A stretch of 59,901 bases of DNA, from NCBI GenBank assembly GCA_042217375.1, contig JBDGSV010000059.1, forward strand, positions 1 to 59,901, written 5' to 3'. Each line of letters starts with the position of its first letter. Position 1 is the first letter of the stretch. Shown here in pieces: positions 44,001-53,036 of the stretch. Position numbers and translations under genes: made by a program. The DNA comes from Haloarculaceae archaeon. Its GTDB lineage: Archaea; Halobacteriota; Halobacteria; Halobacteriales; Haloarculaceae. The notes under the pieces are model-generated. The model saw nothing but the letters and a program-made list of their open reading frames with translations, was not told the DNA's origin and did not search any database.

Positions 44001-45912
44001 CTCCGCGACGCTCGCCAACCAGACCGCGACCGTGGCGCAGTTCGACGTCCCGGCCGGCGGCAACCAGACGGTCGCCGAGCTCCCGCCCGGGAACTACTCC
44101 CTGACCGCCACCGCAGGAAACGAGACCGTCCCCGTGAACGGGAACGACTCCTTCGCCTTCCGGATCGCGGCGCCGCCCGAGGTCCGGGACCTCACGGCGA
44201 CCGTCGCCGACGGCGCGCTCACCGTCGAGAACCCGAACGACGCCGCCGCGGTGGCGAACGTCTCCAACGCGACCGGTCCCGTCCGGTCGCTGTCCGTCCC
44301 GGCCGGTGAGAACGCGACCGCGACGCTCGCGCCCGGGAATTACACCCTCGTCGCCACGGTCGGGAACGCGTCCGCTCCGGTGAACGGCGACGACACCTTC
44401 GCGTTCCGGATCGAGGCGACCGGGTCACCGACTCCGACTGGCTCGCCGACCACGACCAGTTCACCAACGCCGACCACGACCAGTTCACCAACGCCGACCA
44501 CGACCAGTTCACCAACGCCGGCTGGCTCGCCGACTCCGACCGTCTCGCCAGCCTCGACCGGGCTGAACGCTACCGTCGAGAACGAGACCCTCACCGTCGA
44601 GAACCCGAACGAGGTCCCGGCGTCGCTGACCGTCGCCGGCGAGTCGGGGACGAACGAGTCCGTGGCGGTGCCGGCGCGCGACCGGGTCGCGGTGTCGCTG
44701 GCGCCCGGGAACTACACCCTCACCGCCACCGCCGGCGGCCGGACCGTCCCGGTGAACGGGAACGCGTCGGCCACGGTGACGGTCGCGAACCGGAGCGCGG
44801 TGGACGCCGACGGCGACGGCCTCGACGCCGGGCGGGAGGCCAGCCTCGGCACCGATCCGCGGGACCCGGACACCGACCGCGACGGCCTCGACGACGGCGA
44901 AGAGGTCGCGGCCGGGACCGACCCGCGCTCCCCCGACACGGACCGGGACGCCCGGACGGACGGCGAGGAGGTCAGAGCGGGCACCGACCCGCTCGACCGG
45001 GACGACCCGGGGTTCGTCGATCCCGAGCGCTACGGCGCCGACCCGGACGATCCGGGCCGGACCATCGTCTGGCGCAACCCGGCGGACCCGAACGCGACCG
45101 TCGAGGAGCCGGTACTCGTCGACTCGGCGGCGATCGAGGCGCTGGTTCGCGAGCGGGTGAACGAGGCGCGGACCCGGGCAGGGCTGGCGCCGCTGTCGGG
45201 CAACGACTCGATGGCCTCGGTCGCCCGGGCGCACAGCGCAGACATGGCCCACCGGGGGTTCTTCGGGCGCGTCAACCCGGACGGCGAGGGGCCGTTCGAG
45301 GGCGCCAGCCCCGGCGCCACGGGCCGCTACCCCGACGCGGTCGACGACCCCGAGTGCGTGGCCTACGAGGAGGCGATCGGGCGGCTGTCGGGCCCGGCGG
45401 CCACCGACGAGGAGTACGCTGACCGGATCGTCGGCGCGTGGCTCGACAGCGAGGAGAACCGGTCTGCGCTGCTCGGCGAGCGGTCGACCCTGACCGGCGT
45501 CGGCGTCTACCTGACCGAGGACGACGACGGCGGCGCGTCGCTGTGGGTCACGCAGGACGTCTGCGCAGTGGCGACGACGACCCCCACCCCGAACGAGACG
45601 CTGACCGCCGCGCCGCCGTCCCCGGCGTCGCCGACGCCACTCTCGCCGTCCCCAGCGTCGCCGACGCCACTCTCGCCGTCCCCATCGGGAACGGAGACGG
45701 CGGCGACCGCGACCGGGACGCCGTTCCCGACGGCGATTCCGTTCCCGACGGCGTCGCCCACGGCCACGCTGGCGCTGCCCTCCCGGACGGCGTCGCCGAC
45801 CGCGACGCTCCCGCCGCTCACGGGCGGGACGGGCGCCTCGCTCCCCGGACCGGTGGGACCGCTCGCCGTCCTCGCAGCGCTCGGGGCGCTGGTGGCGCGC
45901 CGGACGCGGTGA
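41029..45912 (+). CDS. Giant secreted/cell-surface protein: signal peptide, Q/A/G-rich 23-aa repeats, 16 thrombospondin-type-3-like Ca-binding repeats, six beta-sandwich modules, CAP/SCP (YkwD-like) domain, Thr/Pro linker and PGF-CTERM-like anchor
   Basis: 1,627-aa ORF with coherent acidic composition throughout. Contains DTDGDGLxDGxE repeats; modules ending [30 protein letters not shown]; a CAP-like region ([21 protein letters not shown]...[16 protein letters not shown]...GVGVY); and a C-terminus [23 protein letters not shown]. Confidence 0.9.
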   Translation: MTRASERRAHDGPRLRRAVAVCLALATVCSASLAGAAVAAPGDGGPAAIPGADRDPALGQDAPRQQQSAREAARRGVDQAVELVQSQGVSVTQSQIQAAKRGAVAAVEQRQTVTARQAQRAAFGGAHGSLVQSQSVEAAQVQAAVRGSVTGALGQAQSVRATQLQAAAYGAAHGSIAQSQRVSVEQVQLVAEGAAAGAARGAGKRGVSAVPKIQEAAQGGAYGALDRAGAVQKARGAARGAAEGALQQVQSVDLKQVQVAALGGAKGGMAQSQRATVKQVQAASFGGAHGAITQSQRVTIEQIQVAAAAAASGSLSQSQRASVTQIRSVARGACEGVLTQVTQVQIVTVVQIQVYVESAAAGAVKDAVDRSLTRAGDVYRISRQTGASRTVRRDDSDRDGLADDQERLISTDPNRVDTDGDGLNDGTEVLVEQTDPLAVDTDGDGLRDGEEVARGTDPTDPDTDGDGRDDGQEVAEGSNPRDPNDPARTDRDRDGLTDDQERRRGTDPTDPDTDRDRLRDGEEARLYGSNPLRTDTDRDGLDDGREVALDTSPTDPDTDGDGITDGREVARGTDPLDPADPEPPDADDDGLGDDAERRIGTDPRDPDTDGDALRDGQEVERFTDPLDPDTDGDGIADGAEVENGTDPLDPNDPVQTDTDGDGLTDENESVLGTNATNPDTDGDGLDDGQEVAAGTDPLDPNDPSQVRPLAVAVACENVTVTNPNGLPVTVTVTDAGGESRRQGVAAGERRQVVDAAGNYALAAATGDGTTVPLANETASVPACPATAQSLTVVEGDRNVSLRNANDRPVTVAVRPETGPATNVTVPANGSAAPDLAPGTYTLTAATEDGTLVPLNGESELVVAVGPPGEASARVENDTLTIENPGEAPLTATIADETGGEQTLVVPAGGNATATLAPGDYTLTATAANETVPVNGNDSFAFRIEATGSPTPTGSPTPTGSPTPPGSPTPTGLNATVANETLTLRNPGEASVSATLANQTATVAQFDVPAGGNQTVAELPPGNYSLTATAGNETVPVNGNDSFAFRIAAPPEVRDLTATVADGALTVENPNDAAAVANVSNATGPVRSLSVPAGENATATLAPGNYTLVATVGNASAPVNGDDTFAFRIEATGSPTPTGSPTTTSSPTPTTTSSPTPTTTSSPTPAGSPTPTVSPASTGLNATVENETLTVENPNEVPASLTVAGESGTNESVAVPARDRVAVSLAPGNYTLTATAGGRTVPVNGNASATVTVANRSAVDADGDGLDAGREASLGTDPRDPDTDRDGLDDGEEVAAGTDPRSPDTDRDARTDGEEVRAGTDPLDRDDPGFVDPERYGADPDDPGRTIVWRNPADPNATVEEPVLVDSAAIEALVRERVNEARTRAGLAPLSGNDSMASVARAHSADMAHRGFFGRVNPDGEGPFEGASPGATGRYPDAVDDPECVAYEEAIGRLSGPAATDEEYADRIVGAWLDSEENRSALLGERSTLTGVGVYLTEDDDGGASLWVTQDVCAVATTTPTPNETLTAAPPSPASPTPLSPSPASPTPLSPSPSGTETAATATGTPFPTAIPFPTASPTATLALPSRTASPTATLPPLTGGTGASLPGPVGPLAVLAALGALVARRTR
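43810..43858 (+). repeat. 49-nt tract identical to 44119..44167 (between modules of the giant gene)
   Basis: Compared base by base; encodes [16 protein letters not shown] in both modules. Confidence 0.9.
43867..43938 (+). repeat. Imperfect 18-nt tandem repeat encoding (GSPTPT)x4 linker
   Basis: [24 protein letters not shown] in the translation, with matching periodicity in the DNA. Confidence 0.85.
44119..44167 (+). repeat. 49-nt tract identical to 43810..43858
   Basis: See 43810..43858. Confidence 0.9.
44449..44520 (+). repeat. Perfect 3 x 24-nt tandem repeat (ACCACGACCAGTTCACCAACGCCG; encodes TTTSSPTP x3)
   Basis: Counted directly: units at 44449-44472, 44473-44496 and 44497-44520 are identical. 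Confidence 0.92.
45625..45684 (+). repeat. Perfect 2 x 30-nt tandem repeat (encodes [10 protein letters not shown] x2)
   Basis: Units 45625-45654 and 45655-45684 are identical on reading. Confidence 0.9.
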
Positions 45913-45918
45913 CGGGAG

Positions 45919-46266
45919 TCAGTAGACCCGGCGCCCGTCCGGGACCGGTCGCTCGGGTCGGAGGTGGACGACGCCGCCGTCGCCGTCGTCGACGCCGGTG
46001 ACGAGGCACTGGCTCTCGAACCCGGCGACGTTCACAGTCCCGAGGTTCACGACGGCGACGACCTGCGAGCCCACGAGGTCCTTCGGGTCGTAGTTCTCGG
46101 TGAGGCCAGCCGCCGACTGGCGGGTCTCGGTCCCGAAGTCGACGGTCAGCCGGTAGAGGTCCTTCCGGGCCTCCGGGAACGGGTCGGCGCTCGTGACCGT
46201 GCCGATCCGCATCTCGACGTCCTCGAGGAAGGTCGCGGGGTCGACGTCGGGGTCATCGAATCCCAT
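45919..46266 (-). CDS. csaA: tRNA-binding domain protein (CsaA/EMAP-type OB fold)
   Basis: Start re-set to the ATG at 46266 (MGFDDPDVDPATFLEDVEMRIGTV...). CsaA-like LYRLTVDFGTETRQSAAGLT and VVAVVNLGT. Confidence 0.85.
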   Translation of the reverse strand: MGFDDPDVDPATFLEDVEMRIGTVTSADPFPEARKDLYRLTVDFGTETRQSAAGLTENYDPKDLVGSQVVAVVNLGTVNVAGFESQCLVTGVDDGDGGVVHLRPERPVPDGRRVY

Positions 46267-46428
46267 GACGGTGGCAGAACCGGCACCGCCAAAGTCGCTC
46301 CGGCCGGCGGCGTCGCCGCCGGACTCCCGGTGCCGCATAGTTTATGAGTTCCACGGCGTCATCTATTCACGTATCCATGACACCGCTCATGGGCTCATCA
46401 TCCAGCCCCTCGCCGGGGCAGTTCACCA

Positions 46429-47736
46429 ATGCAGGATACGTCCAAATACCTCATTCACGCGGACATCACGGCCGACGGGGTCGTCGAACGGAGCGACGTC
46501 GTCGGCGCCATCTTCGGACAGACGGAGGGACTCCTCGGGGACGACCTCGATCTCCGGGACCTCCAGGACGCCTCGAAGGTCGGCCGGATCGACGTCGAGA
46601 TCGACTCGGAGAACGGTCAGTCGTTCGGTGAGGTCACCATCGCCAGCGGCCTCGACAAGGTCGAGACGGCCATCCTCGCGGCCGCGCTGGAGACGATCGA
46701 CCGCATCGGGCCGTGCCGGGCGAAGCTCGTCGTCTCCGACGTCGAGGACGTCCGGACGGCCAAGCGCCGCGAAGTCGTCGAGCGCGCGAAGACGCTGCTG
46801 ACCGACGCCTTCGACGGCGACGTGATGACCTCCGAGGACATCGTCGAGGAGGTCCGCCAGTCGGTCCGCGTCGAGGACATCACCGAGTACGAGGGCTACC
46901 CAGCCGGACCGCGGGTCGCAGACAGCGACGCAATCATCGTCGTCGAGGGGCGCGCGGACGTGCTGACGCTCCTCCAGTACGGCGTCAAGAACGCCGTCGC
47001 CGTCGAGGGGACGAACGTCCCCGAGGAGGTGGCCGCGCTCACCGAGGACCGCACGGTCACCGCGTTCCTCGACGGCGACCGCGGCGGCGAACTCATCCTC
47101 AAGGAACTGTCGCAGGTCGGCGACATCGACTACGTCGCGCTCGCGCCGCCGAACCGCTCGGTCGAGGACCTGAACCGCCACGAGGTGATGGCCGCGCTCC
47201 GCGAGAAGGTCCCCTACGAGGCCGTCGCGGGCGCGGACGGCCCACAGCAGGTGGCGGCGACCGACGGCAGCACCCAGCCGGCGCCGGTGACCGACGCCGC
47301 GTCGGTCGACGCCGAGGCGCCCGCGGAGCCCGACGCCCCGGGCGCCGGGCAGGAGGACGCGGCCGTCGAGGAGACGGCGGAAGACGCCGCAACGGACGAA
47401 GCCGAGGCCGAACCCGAGACCGAGCCGTCGACGCTCCGCGAGCACGTCCGCGCCGTCGTCGAGCGCGGGACCGGCACCGTCCGCCTCCTCGGCCCCGAGT
47501 ACGGCGTGCTCGCCGAGGGGCCGGTCGACGAGGCCTTCGACCTCGTCCGCGACGCCGAGCAGGTCCCGGCCGCGGTCGTCCTCGACGGGACGCTCACCCA
47601 GCGGGTGCTCGACGTGGCCGCCCAGCGCGGCGTCGACCAGCTCGTCGCTCGCGAGGAGGGCGAGTTCGTCAAGAAGCCGGCGAGCGTCCGCACCCGGACC
47701 GCCGATCGGCTACTCGCCGTCCCGGACCAGGAGTAG
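46429..47736 (+). CDS. dnaG: Archaeal DnaG primase-like protein (TOPRIM; exosome-associated)
   Basis: 435 aa. Conserved N-terminus [53 protein letters not shown] and DGDRGGELI, and an acidic Ala/Glu-rich insert. Confidence 0.93.
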   Translation: MQDTSKYLIHADITADGVVERSDVVGAIFGQTEGLLGDDLDLRDLQDASKVGRIDVEIDSENGQSFGEVTIASGLDKVETAILAAALETIDRIGPCRAKLVVSDVEDVRTAKRREVVERAKTLLTDAFDGDVMTSEDIVEEVRQSVRVEDITEYEGYPAGPRVADSDAIIVVEGRADVLTLLQYGVKNAVAVEGTNVPEEVAALTEDRTVTAFLDGDRGGELILKELSQVGDIDYVALAPPNRSVEDLNRHEVMAALREKVPYEAVAGADGPQQVAATDGSTQPAPVTDAASVDAEAPAEPDAPGAGQEDAAVEETAEDAATDEAEAEPETEPSTLREHVRAVVERGTGTVRLLGPEYGVLAEGPVDEAFDLVRDAEQVPAAVVLDGTLTQRVLDVAAQRGVDQLVAREEGEFVKKPASVRTRTADRLLAVPDQE

Positions 47737-48120
47737 CCCGTCGCCGGCTGCGAAGCGGTCCGGGAGCCGCTCGCGCACCTCGAACCCGCGCGCCTCGTAG
47801 AAGCGTCTGGCGCGCTCGTCGGCGGCGCGGACGACCACCCGGACGGTCCCCGCGCGGTCGAGAACCGCCGAGAGCAGCGCCGACCCGTGGCCCTCTCCCC
47901 GGTGGGCGGGAGCGACGACCAGCTCCGCGAGGTACGCGGCCTGCGGCCCGGGGACGACGAGCGCGTAGCCCACGACGACACCGCCGTCGGTGACCACGAG
48001 CGCGGTGAGCGCGTCGCCGTCGAGGGCGGCGGCCAGCAGGTCCGGGGCGGGCTCCGCGAGCGTGGCCTGGACGGCGGCGAGCCGGTCGCGGTCGGCGGGA
48101 GTCGCTGGGCGAACCGGCAT
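47710..48120 (-). CDS. GNAT family N-acetyltransferase
   Basis: C-terminal 136 aa of ORF 47710..49545, from the ATG at 48120 ([14 protein letters not shown]...). Acetyl-CoA motif [15 protein letters not shown]. The 3' end overlaps the dnaG 3' end by 27 nt (convergent). Confidence 0.85.
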   Translation of the reverse strand: MPVRPATPADRDRLAAVQATLAEPAPDLLAAALDGDALTALVVTDGGVVVGYALVVPGPQAAYLAELVVAPAHRGEGHGSALLSAVLDRAGTVRVVVRAADERARRFYEARGFEVRERLPDRFAAGDGLLLVRDGE

Positions 48121-48122
48121 CG

Positions 48123-49520
48123 TCAGGGCAGGCCGAGCGCCACGGCGAGCGCGGCGGCGACGACGGCGGCCGACGCGGTCGCCACCAGGTTCACGCCCTG
48201 GTTGTCGAGGACGCCGCCCTCCAGGGTGGCACCGAGGACGCTGTCGATCGTCATGCCGGCGAAGCCGGCGACGACGACCACCGCGACGCCCGGCGGCGAG
48301 AGCGCGAAGAAGGGGAGGGCGACGGCCGCGATCAGGACGGCGCCGAGCAGGCCGGCGACCTCGCCCTGCCAGGTGACGGCCCCGTCGGTCCCGGGGTCGA
48401 CGGGGCGGAGCGTCGTGACCAGCCGGGGGTCGTCGTACAGGCCGCCGATTTCGCTGGAGAAGGTGTCGCTCATGGCGGCCGCCACCGAGCCGGTGAACGC
48501 GAACAGGAACACCAGGGGGTCGACGCCCAGGCGGGCGCTGGCGGCGAATCCGAGCACTGCGACCACCGCGGCCGCCGAGTTGGCGAGGACGTTGCCGCTG
48601 GATCGGGCGCCCTCGTTCTCCTGGGCCACGCCGCGGGCCAGTTTCTCCTCGTAGCGGAACTTCGAGCTCAGGCCGCCGAACGCGAAGAAGGCGATGAGGA
48701 CGGCGAACCAGCCGTAGCCGCCGAGGACGACCGCGAGGAGCGCACAGAAGACGCCGGTGAGCATTCCCGTCACGGAGGCGGCGCCGATGGCGTAGGCGAC
48801 CGCGCCGAACCCGACCGCGAGCGCGAGCCCGATCGCGAGCCGGTCGGTGGGGACGAGCGCACCCGCGCCGGACGCGCCGAGCGAGAGGTCGGCCAGCAGC
48901 CACAGCAGGAGCCCGACCGACAGCAGGACCAGCGGGTCGTCGCGCTCGAAGAGCACCGACCTGAGCAGGGCCGCCAGGAGCGCGCCGCTGACGGCCAGGA
49001 AGACGGCCAGCGGCAGGTCGAGGCGCGCCGGCGTGGCGGCCACGAGCTGCGACGCCACGAGCGTCCCGGCGACGGCCGCGAGCGCGCCCACGACGGTGAA
49101 CGCGACCACGGGGAGCACCGGGGCGCTCGTCAGCGAGCGGGCGACCTGCTGGGCCAGGTTGCCGTAGGCGAGCAGGAGGACGCTGCCGAGGAACACGCCG
49201 ATCGGGAGGCCGAACCGGGTGGTGAGGAGCGCGAGCCCGGCGATCGAGAGCGCGTAGCCGGCCAGCCCGTAGAGGCGACCCTCTTCGTAGTCGCCGGGGC
49301 GCGCGAACAGGTCGAACAGCCGGCCCTGGCCGACGACGTAGATGGAGAGACCGGCGAGCAGGAGGAACGGCGCGATGGCGGCGGCAGTCAGGAGCGGCGG
49401 GGCGAGTCGACCGACGAGCGCCGGCACCAGCAGGGCGATCGTTCCCACGGCCGCGAACGCCGCCGCGCGACTGATGCGGAGGTCGGCACCTCCGGTGTCG
49501 CTCGGCGAAGTCCCCGTCAC
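48123..49520 (-). CDS. Polytopic membrane protein with C-terminal DUF92/TMEM19-like domain
   Basis: Hydrophobic ORF. The start is not certain (GTG at 49520 chosen; the ORF is open to 49760 but that part is Arg/Ser/Thr-rich). Segment FSSKFRYEEK...SSGNVLANS resembles DUF92. Confidence 0.75.
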   Translation of the reverse strand: MTGTSPSDTGGADLRISRAAAFAAVGTIALLVPALVGRLAPPLLTAAAIAPFLLLAGLSIYVVGQGRLFDLFARPGDYEEGRLYGLAGYALSIAGLALLTTRFGLPIGVFLGSVLLLAYGNLAQQVARSLTSAPVLPVVAFTVVGALAAVAGTLVASQLVAATPARLDLPLAVFLAVSGALLAALLRSVLFERDDPLVLLSVGLLLWLLADLSLGASGAGALVPTDRLAIGLALAVGFGAVAYAIGAASVTGMLTGVFCALLAVVLGGYGWFAVLIAFFAFGGLSSKFRYEEKLARGVAQENEGARSSGNVLANSAAAVVAVLGFAASARLGVDPLVFLFAFTGSVAAAMSDTFSSEIGGLYDDPRLVTTLRPVDPGTDGAVTWQGEVAGLLGAVLIAAVALPFFALSPPGVAVVVVAGFAGMTIDSVLGATLEGGVLDNQGVNLVATASAAVVAAALAVALGLP

Positions 49521-49677
49521 GTTCCGCCCTACCCCCGAGGACCACTTAACTTGACGGGTCACGCCGACGGCCGCGCTCGGGTCGTTCGAGCGCCCTGCGG
49601 CGGATGTGGCGGGAACGGACCGTCGAGACTGGGGTCGCTTCGAAGCGTTTTTGCGGGGCCCGGGGGAACGGCCGGGC

Positions 49678-49881
49678 ATGGACGTCGAGCGGGAGACGGT
49701 CGTCGAGGTCGTCGCCTCCATCATCGCCGTCGGACTGTTCGTCGCGGTGATCGTCGGCATCGGCGTCGCCTACAGTGGAGGCGCCGACTTCACCGACCAG
49801 GGCGCGCTCGCGCTCGTCGTGGCCATCGCCGGCTTCGTGCTCGCGATGGCCGGCGTCGGGTACTTTCTCGCCGGCCGCTGA
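49678..49881 (+). CDS. Small membrane protein (2 TM)
   Basis: ATG at 49678 (MDVERETVVEVVASIIAVGLFVAV...); two clear TM helices. Confidence 0.55.
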   Translation: MDVERETVVEVVASIIAVGLFVAVIVGIGVAYSGGADFTDQGALALVVAIAGFVLAMAGVGYFLAGR

Positions 49882-49884
49882 GCG

Positions 49885-50952
49885 CTACGCCTCGGTGCGC
49901 TCGCGCCAGTCGTCGTAGTCGTCGGCCCGGTCGAGCGCCGTCTCGTAGTACGCGAGCGGGTGGGCGATCGTCTCACAGAGGTCGTCGCGGTCGACGCAGA
50001 GCCCGTAGGCCTGCATCGTCGTACAGGAGGGCGGCGCGTACTCCGCCGGCCCGGTCTCGTCGCGGACGTGCCGCGCCTGCGAGCGGACCGCCTCCGCGTC
50101 GAGTGCCGGCGTCGATCCGACGAACGCCGCGACCTCGTCGGGCCGCAACCCGACGTTGGCGAGGAAGGCGACGAGCACGAACTGTGCGCGGTGGTCGAGG
50201 TCCTCGCCGGCCCGGGCCCGGTCGAGGAGCGCCGCCACGCACGGCGGGAACTGGTCGGGGACGACCGCGTCTATCTCCCGGGTCAGGTCGAGGTCGGCGA
50301 GCAGGTCGCGCACCGCCACCAGTTCGGACTGGAGTTCCGCGGCGATGGCATCGGGCACCTCGAAGGGGAGGCCGTCGCGCACCCGGCGCTCGACGGCGAC
50401 CGCTAGCAGGTCGAACAGCTCCTCGCGCGAGACGGGGAGCGACCCGTCGGCGAGCGCGCGGTTCACCAGCCGCCACTGGTCGGCAGACAGGTCGGCCGCG
50501 AGCGGCAGGTAGGCCGTGACCGCCAGGTCGTAGACCACGTCGCCCGCGTCCGTCGTGCGCTCCCGGGTGGCGTCCGCGAGGTCGAACTCCGCGAGGAGGT
50601 CGGCCAGCCCGACCGCGCCCTGGTCGGCGCTCCGGAGCGCGTCCCGCTCTGCGTCCTCGCGGAGCCGGGCGACGGCCGTCCGGGCCTCGGCGCTGGCGTA
50701 CCGTCGGGTCAGGGCGGGCTGGTCGACCAGCGAGACGAGCACGCGCGCCACCGGATAGGAGAGCAGTTCCGCGCGCGGCTGGCGGTGCGGGTCGCCGATC
50801 CGGCCCTCGTTGACGGCGCGCTCGACCCGGTCGAAGCCGCGCTCGACGGCCGGGTCGCCCGAGGCGACCAGCGCCGCGAGGTCGACGTCCGCCTGCCGGA
50901 CCGTCTCCCGTGCCTCCGCGAGGAACGGGTAGCGCGCGTGGCGTCGCTGCAC
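49885..50952 (-). CDS. priL: DNA primase large subunit PriL
   Basis: GTG at 50952 chosen (VQRRHARYPFLAEARE...). C-terminal Fe-S cysteines (FPPCV, PPSC, YGLC, DDLC) and the overall PriL pattern. Confidence 0.88.
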   Translation of the reverse strand: MQRRHARYPFLAEARETVRQADVDLAALVASGDPAVERGFDRVERAVNEGRIGDPHRQPRAELLSYPVARVLVSLVDQPALTRRYASAEARTAVARLREDAERDALRSADQGAVGLADLLAEFDLADATRERTTDAGDVVYDLAVTAYLPLAADLSADQWRLVNRALADGSLPVSREELFDLLAVAVERRVRDGLPFEVPDAIAAELQSELVAVRDLLADLDLTREIDAVVPDQFPPCVAALLDRARAGEDLDHRAQFVLVAFLANVGLRPDEVAAFVGSTPALDAEAVRSQARHVRDETGPAEYAPPSCTTMQAYGLCVDRDDLCETIAHPLAYYETALDRADDYDDWRERTEA

Positions 50953-51035
50953 ACCACCCGTACGTGGCGCGGCGGACTTGAATGTAGCACACTCCGCGCG
51001 GCCGCGCGTTCGAGAGGGTTTTCCGCGCAGGCGCC

Positions 51036-51644
51036 GTGGATTCGGGGGTGGACCCACACGACGTCCGTCAGGGCTGGGCCGACCGGTCGGGCGAATACTC
51101 GCCGGCGTACTACGCCTACTACGGCGCGAACGAGACGAGCGACCTGCTCCGCGAGCGGTTCGACGCCGTGCTGGATCCGGACGCCGCGATCCTGGAGGTG
51201 GGGTGCAGTTCCGGCCGGCACCTGGCGCACCTCTACGAGCACGGCTACGAGAACCTCACCGGCATCGACCTCAACGCGGACGCGTTCGACGTGATGGCCG
51301 AGACCTACCCCGCGCTCGCCGACGCCGTGACGTTCTACGCCGGCGACGCGAGCAGAGTGGTCGCGACCTTCGAGGACGACCGGTTCGACGCCGTCTTCTC
51401 CGTCGAGGCGCTCCAGCACTTCCACCCGGACGAGGGACTGGTGTTCGCCGACCTCGCGCGCGTGGCCGCCGACCGCCTCGTGACCGTCGAGAACGAGGGC
51501 GACGACGAGGAGGTGAACTACGTCCGCGACGACGTCCCGCTCTACCACCGCGACTGGGAGCGCGTGTTCACCTCGCTGGGGCTCACGCAGGTGACCTCGC
51601 GACCGGCGGGCCGGGACACCTACCGGGAGTTCCGACCCGCCTGA
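51036..51644 (+). CDS. Class I SAM-dependent methyltransferase
   Basis: 202 aa, GTG start. SAM-binding motif I ILEVGCSSGRH and an acidic post-I region. Confidence 0.85.
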   Translation: MDSGVDPHDVRQGWADRSGEYSPAYYAYYGANETSDLLRERFDAVLDPDAAILEVGCSSGRHLAHLYEHGYENLTGIDLNADAFDVMAETYPALADAVTFYAGDASRVVATFEDDRFDAVFSVEALQHFHPDEGLVFADLARVAADRLVTVENEGDDEEVNYVRDDVPLYHRDWERVFTSLGLTQVTSRPAGRDTYREFRPA

Positions 51645-51648
51645 CCGG

Positions 51649-52743
51649 TCACGTGCGCGCCGCCTCCAGGTCGGCCGCGGCGGCCGCGCGCACGTCCGCG
51701 GGTGAGATCGGGGCGTCGACCCACGCCGGGAGGCGCCGGGCCTCGCCCGGGGCGACGGCGTCGGCGTAGGCCGCGACCTGCTCGCGTTCGGCCGCGGGGT
51801 CGTAGTCGAAGCCGTTGAACGCGGCGTCGGCGGCGTACTGCCGGACGAGGCGATCGGCCGCCTCCCGGTACCGGTCGGGCAGCGTGTCGTAGCCCGGGTC
51901 GACGCCGTGGTCCTCGACCACCGCGAACAGGGCGGCCCCGACCTGGTCGGCCATGTCCGAGAGCCCGCTCGGCCCGGCGACCGAGCGGTGGTCGTGGCGG
52001 TGAATCCCGAGGTCGACCTGGGCGGAGTCGGCGAAGCCGGCGGTCCGGAAGGCGTCGCCGAGAGTGGCCACCTCGAGTCCCCAGCCGCGCGGCGGTCGGA
52101 GCCGACGGACCACCTCGGCGGTGGCGGCGAACTCCCCGGCGAGCGCGTAGCGGAAGGCGTCGAGGTAGGACAGGACGGGCGCGTCGTTGGCGTCGGCCAG
52201 CGCGCGGAGCAGGGGGGCCACGAACAGCCGGAACAGCCGCCCGTAGAGGTGGCCGTCCTCGACCCGGGCGTAGTACCCCTTCGCGAACCGGTAGTCGCGC
52301 CTGAGCGGGAACAGGAGCCGGGGGACGTGTGCGGCCGAGTACGAGCGCGCGTCGGCGTCGTGGACGGCGACGAGGTCGGCCGCCGCCGCGGCTGCGCCGA
52401 GCGCGAGCCAGACGTCCCGGCCCTTCCCGCGGTCGCCGTTCAGCCCGGCGTCGGCGAGCGTCTCCGTCAGGCGCGGGCCGTCGCACCACAGCGTCTCCAG
52501 GGGGAGGTCGTACCCGGTGAGCCAGTCGGCCACGTCGGCGACCCGGTCCGGGTCCGAGCGGAGCGCCACAACCACGTGCGCGGGGGCGACCCGCTCCAGC
52601 GTCGAGAGGACGTGATCGGCCGCGAGGGTGGCGTGTTCGCGCTCGGTCATCGGCACCACGACCGCCGCGCGGTCGACCGGGGCGTCCGGCACGGGGTCGG
52701 CGAGGTCGTGGAGGGTCGTCACCCGTTCCTGGACGTACTCCAT
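51649..52743 (-). CDS. Glycosyltransferase, glucosyl-3-phosphoglycerate synthase-like (GT81/GT2 fold)
   Basis: C-terminal 364 aa of ORF 51649..54303, from the ATG at 52743 (MEYVQERVTTLHDL...). VAVHDADARSY (DxD) and LFPLRRDYRFAKGYYAR resemble GpgS/MpgS-type enzymes. Confidence 0.8.
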   Translation of the reverse strand: MEYVQERVTTLHDLADPVPDAPVDRAAVVVPMTEREHATLAADHVLSTLERVAPAHVVVALRSDPDRVADVADWLTGYDLPLETLWCDGPRLTETLADAGLNGDRGKGRDVWLALGAAAAAADLVAVHDADARSYSAAHVPRLLFPLRRDYRFAKGYYARVEDGHLYGRLFRLFVAPLLRALADANDAPVLSYLDAFRYALAGEFAATAEVVRRLRPPRGWGLEVATLGDAFRTAGFADSAQVDLGIHRHDHRSVAGPSGLSDMADQVGAALFAVVEDHGVDPGYDTLPDRYREAADRLVRQYAADAAFNGFDYDPAAEREQVAAYADAVAPGEARRLPAWVDAPISPADVRAAAAADLEAART

Positions 52744-52860
52744 CACCGGAGGCGAAGGGTGCGAGCGGGAAAAGTCCGGTCCTCTCGGCGGGTCGTGCCG
52801 CCGCGTCAGACGGGCGTCTGCCGGGGGTTCATGGCCGTGTGCACACATCACACGAAGGGC

Positions 52861-53031
52861 ATGAGTACGGAGGACCGATTCGACCGGCAGATCGAACGGC
52901 TGGTCGAGCGCTACGACGGACGGGTCGACTACGAGGAGATGGAACTCATCCTCCAGCGCCACGCGCAGGCGGCCCGAGCGCGCCGGGACGACGCGCTCGC
53001 GACGCGCGAGGAGCGCGAACAGGACACCTGA
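52861..53031 (+). CDS. Small acidic protein, unknown function
   Basis: 56 aa (MSTEDRFDRQIERLVERYDGRVDYEEMELILQRH...) at the end of a longer junk ORF. Composition is haloarchaeal-like. Confidence 0.5.
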   Translation: MSTEDRFDRQIERLVERYDGRVDYEEMELILQRHAQAARARRDDALATREEREQDT

Positions 53032-53036
53032 GACGG

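Noticed and set aside
43867-44520. Short periodic repeats that could superficially suggest a CRISPR-like or satellite array.
   Set aside because: The units are 18-24 nt, contiguous with no spacers, in frame, and encode Thr/Pro/Ser linkers inside a continuous ORF. They are coding tandem repeats, not CRISPR.
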